Below, one piece after another: positions 61,356-64,000 of a DNA stretch of 64,000 bases (position 1 is the first letter of the stretch; each line of letters starts with the position of its first letter). The position numbers and the translations under genes were made by a program. The stretch covers positions 4,464,001-4,528,000 of the forward strand of contig CP089276.1 in NCBI GenBank assembly GCA_023920165.1, given 5' to 3'. The DNA is from Curvularia clavata. Taxonomy: Eukaryota. The notes beneath the pieces were generated by a model. The model did no database searches. It was given only the letters and a program-made list of their open reading frames with translations, and was not told the DNA's origin.

Positions 61356-62700
61356 TCACAAAGCACCAACAAGAGTGTTGTAAGCTTGCTTAGGCTGATA
61401 GTTGGTGTCGAACAGGAGAGGCCTGTCACTGGCGCGCCAGCTGTCCTTGTCGGACACACCCCATACGGTGATACCCACGCACTTGGATACAGCAAGGCAT
61501 CCGTTCATGACAGTGAGGTAGTCGTTAGCCCCAGCACCAGCAATATCCAGCTCTGTAATTGCGATTTCCTTGACATTGGCACCGGCCAATGTCTTGAGGG
61601 CATTGGGAACACCGGAGGCTGGGTTCCAGCCACCAGGTTGCGCGAGATGGCACTGCGAGCCGATACCGTCGATGGGAATGCCCTGAGACACCCACTTATT
61701 AACGTGTGCGACCATACCGGTGGTCACCTTGGCGTAGTTGGCAATATCAAGATTGTAGTCGTTGATGTAGAGCTTAGCGTTGGGGTCAGCGGCGCGAGCA
61801 GCGCGGAAAGCGATGCCAACAAAATCCTCGCCAAGCACACGGCTGAAGACGCTGTCTCGAAGGTTGCCATTTTCGGCAAAGATCTCGTTCACCACGTCCC
61901 ACTGAAGAATCTTACCCTTGTAGCGGGTGACGAGCGTGGTCACGTGGTTCTGGATAACGGTCGTCAAAGTGTTGCGATCGTTGATCTGGCTAACCCATGA
62001 CGGCAGCTGGGAATGCCAGAGGAGGGTGTGGCCTCGCATGAGCTTTCCGTTTTGCTGGGCGAAGTTGACAACAGCGTCAGCAGCGCTGAATGAGAACTGT
62101 CCGCGTTGGGCTACGCACATAAAAAGTTAGTTTATGACTCTTAGCCAATGCAGAGGAAGGTATGGGTACTCACGCTCAGTAGCGTCCCACTTCATGCTGT
62201 TTTCGCAAGTGATTTGTCCAAAGCTGTTCTTGACAATGGTGGTCAAGGGGCCGTTGTTGAGATGGTAATTATCCATCTCAGTACCGAAGTACAGCTTTCC
62301 CTTGGCTTTAAACTTGTCGTGCAGCCCTCCTGCAGCTCCCGAGCCGGAAGTAGGAGCAGGAGTGCTGTTGTCCTGAGTAGTAGTGGGAGCTTGTCCTCCT
62401 CCTCCACCTCCTCCTCCGGAGCCAGGCACACACTGAGAGTACCAATCACTAGAAGTAGTGTCAGCGCGGATGCCTTGCGAGTGTATCTGAAGGTGGGTTC
62501 TAACTTGACTTTGCTGCACACTCCGGAAGAACAGGTTGTGGGACCGGACCATCCTTGACCACCACCTATTCAAAGACGACATTAGTATACTACTGCATTA
62601 TGAGAGTTACCAGCAGGTATCACATACACTGGCCGTAAAGGGGAGATTGGCTAAGCACCACGGTAGGGGCAGCAACGAGTGCGAGAATGGAGGCACGCAT
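61356..62700 (-). CDS. GH10 endo-1,4-beta-xylanase with N-terminal CBM1 and Gly/Thr linker; 3 introns
   Basis: Signal peptide, then [34 protein letters not shown] (CBM1), [17 protein letters not shown], and WDVVNE plus ITELD carrying the catalytic glutamates. Confidence 0.96.
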
Positions 62701-62810
62701 GATGACGGATTCCAGGTAGCCGGTAAGATTGATGATCAGGAGCTACTCAAGGAACGGGTACCAGGTTGATCGAGGATTTCGTTTCCTTTTATCCATTACT
62801 TCCATAAACA

Positions 62811-63128
62811 CTAGCCAAGACGTGTTGAAAGCATGCTAGTCGGAATTCTTCTAGGTCAAGGCCGAAGAAGAAGCACGTGGAGGTTAACAAATTGAGAGAA
62901 GCGAAATCCCACGAGTAACGAGACATGAACCTTGTACGCCTTAATAGGCCAAGCTTTTCCACCTTTGTAGCCCGTTATATTCATCAATAAGAGAAGATCA
63001 TCTGCCCGGGCGACTAAAAGCTAACCGGCTTCGATCCCCTCAAACTTAGGGCGAACTTCTATTCATCAATTGGGCTACGCGATCACCATTTCAACATGTC
63101 GGTAGATTTCCAAATGGATTTCTTAGCC
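62811..63128 (-). promoter_or_regulatory. XlnR-type GGCTAR sites upstream of the xylanase
   Basis: GGCTAG (62816-62811) and GGCTAA (63128-63123) on the coding strand. Short motifs, supported only by context. Confidence 0.4.
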
Positions 63129-64000
63129 GCGTCCACGAATAAATGCCTAGTAACAAGAGACGTTCATTTCGCATTTCATTTACTATGGGCCAGGGCTGGT
63201 GATCGGAAATATATTAACCGGCCAATAGTATAGCCTCAGCATCTCAAAGGCGGATGGTACCAATATGGTTGCTCGGAACAAAACACCGCCTAGCTTGGCA
63301 CTTCTCTTGGCAAGGCTTTTCCCCGGAATTACTACGGGTAAGGAGACCGGTTATTGTGAGCACTGAGCGAAACAAAATAATCGATGAAAAACAAGGTGTG
63401 GTGGATGCGAGTGAAGCATTTGGCAATGGGTAAAATCAACAGGTTAAAAAGGTCAGACGCTATACCGAATTTGGAAGAGCAGCTAATTACAGAAGTCCAT
63501 TTAGCTATTTTGCGAGATTCTTGCGGCTGCTTATTCGAGGTAGTAGCTGATAACTTGAGTTTGATGGCTCGACGAGGTCCATTTTAGGAAGCACCGTAGT
63601 CCTTCGCCGTTTTCGGTCGTATATATTGGCTTACGTATCACTGGACAGCCCGACGACAGCGTCGTTTAAAATAGTAACATCGGGTATGGCAATCAACACT
63701 GGAATAACAATCCGCTGGTGCCGATTTGCTGTTTTTCTCAGAATCAATGCTGAAGAACCGTTTTCTTCCTTTCTCATACATGACTACCCGCTCTCAGTGT
63801 TGATGTAGTTTAATTAGGTGGGAGAAATTTGAATATCAAGCTTCTCGAACTCTACGTCTTAAGGAAAGACATGTGTTCCGAAGATTAAACACGTCAAAGC
63901 AGGCACTGGCTCGTACAGCATGTCAACCCGCTAGTTTGCAGACGCTATAGATTTTTAATTACTATCACTGGTCATCCCGCCATGATGTGGAGGCCAGCAT

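Overview
Gene-dense eukaryotic DNA from a filamentous ascomycete. Short GT-AG introns with CTRAC branch points, velvet, CFEM/Pth11 and DUF3632 genes all point that way; Dothideomycete/Pleosporales-like is an impression only. About 25 protein-coding genes can be modelled by hand: CTP synthase, a VelC-type velvet protein, Bin3/Bmc1 methyltransferase, DUF1349, ERG1, a NUDIX ADP-ribose pyrophosphatase, a secreted GMC oxidase / CFEM-Pth11 receptor / heme-thiolate peroxygenase trio, a Ppn2-like phosphoesterase, an atypical Ras-like GTPase, DUF2439, BAR-SH3, DUF6601, two tandem Pth11-like receptors, a 2OG-Fe(II) dioxygenase, DUF3632, a PAF/AFP-type antifungal protein missed by the ORF track, and a CBM1-GH10 xylanase. 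The most striking signal is the 5' end of CTP synthase. It combines a 10-nt microexon, a 183-nt intron with strong and mutually exclusive RNA stems plus a possible poison acceptor, and a 50-nt AT-AC intron with U2-type signals, which may form a splicing-based control module. Family assignments come from motif recognition, not database searches.
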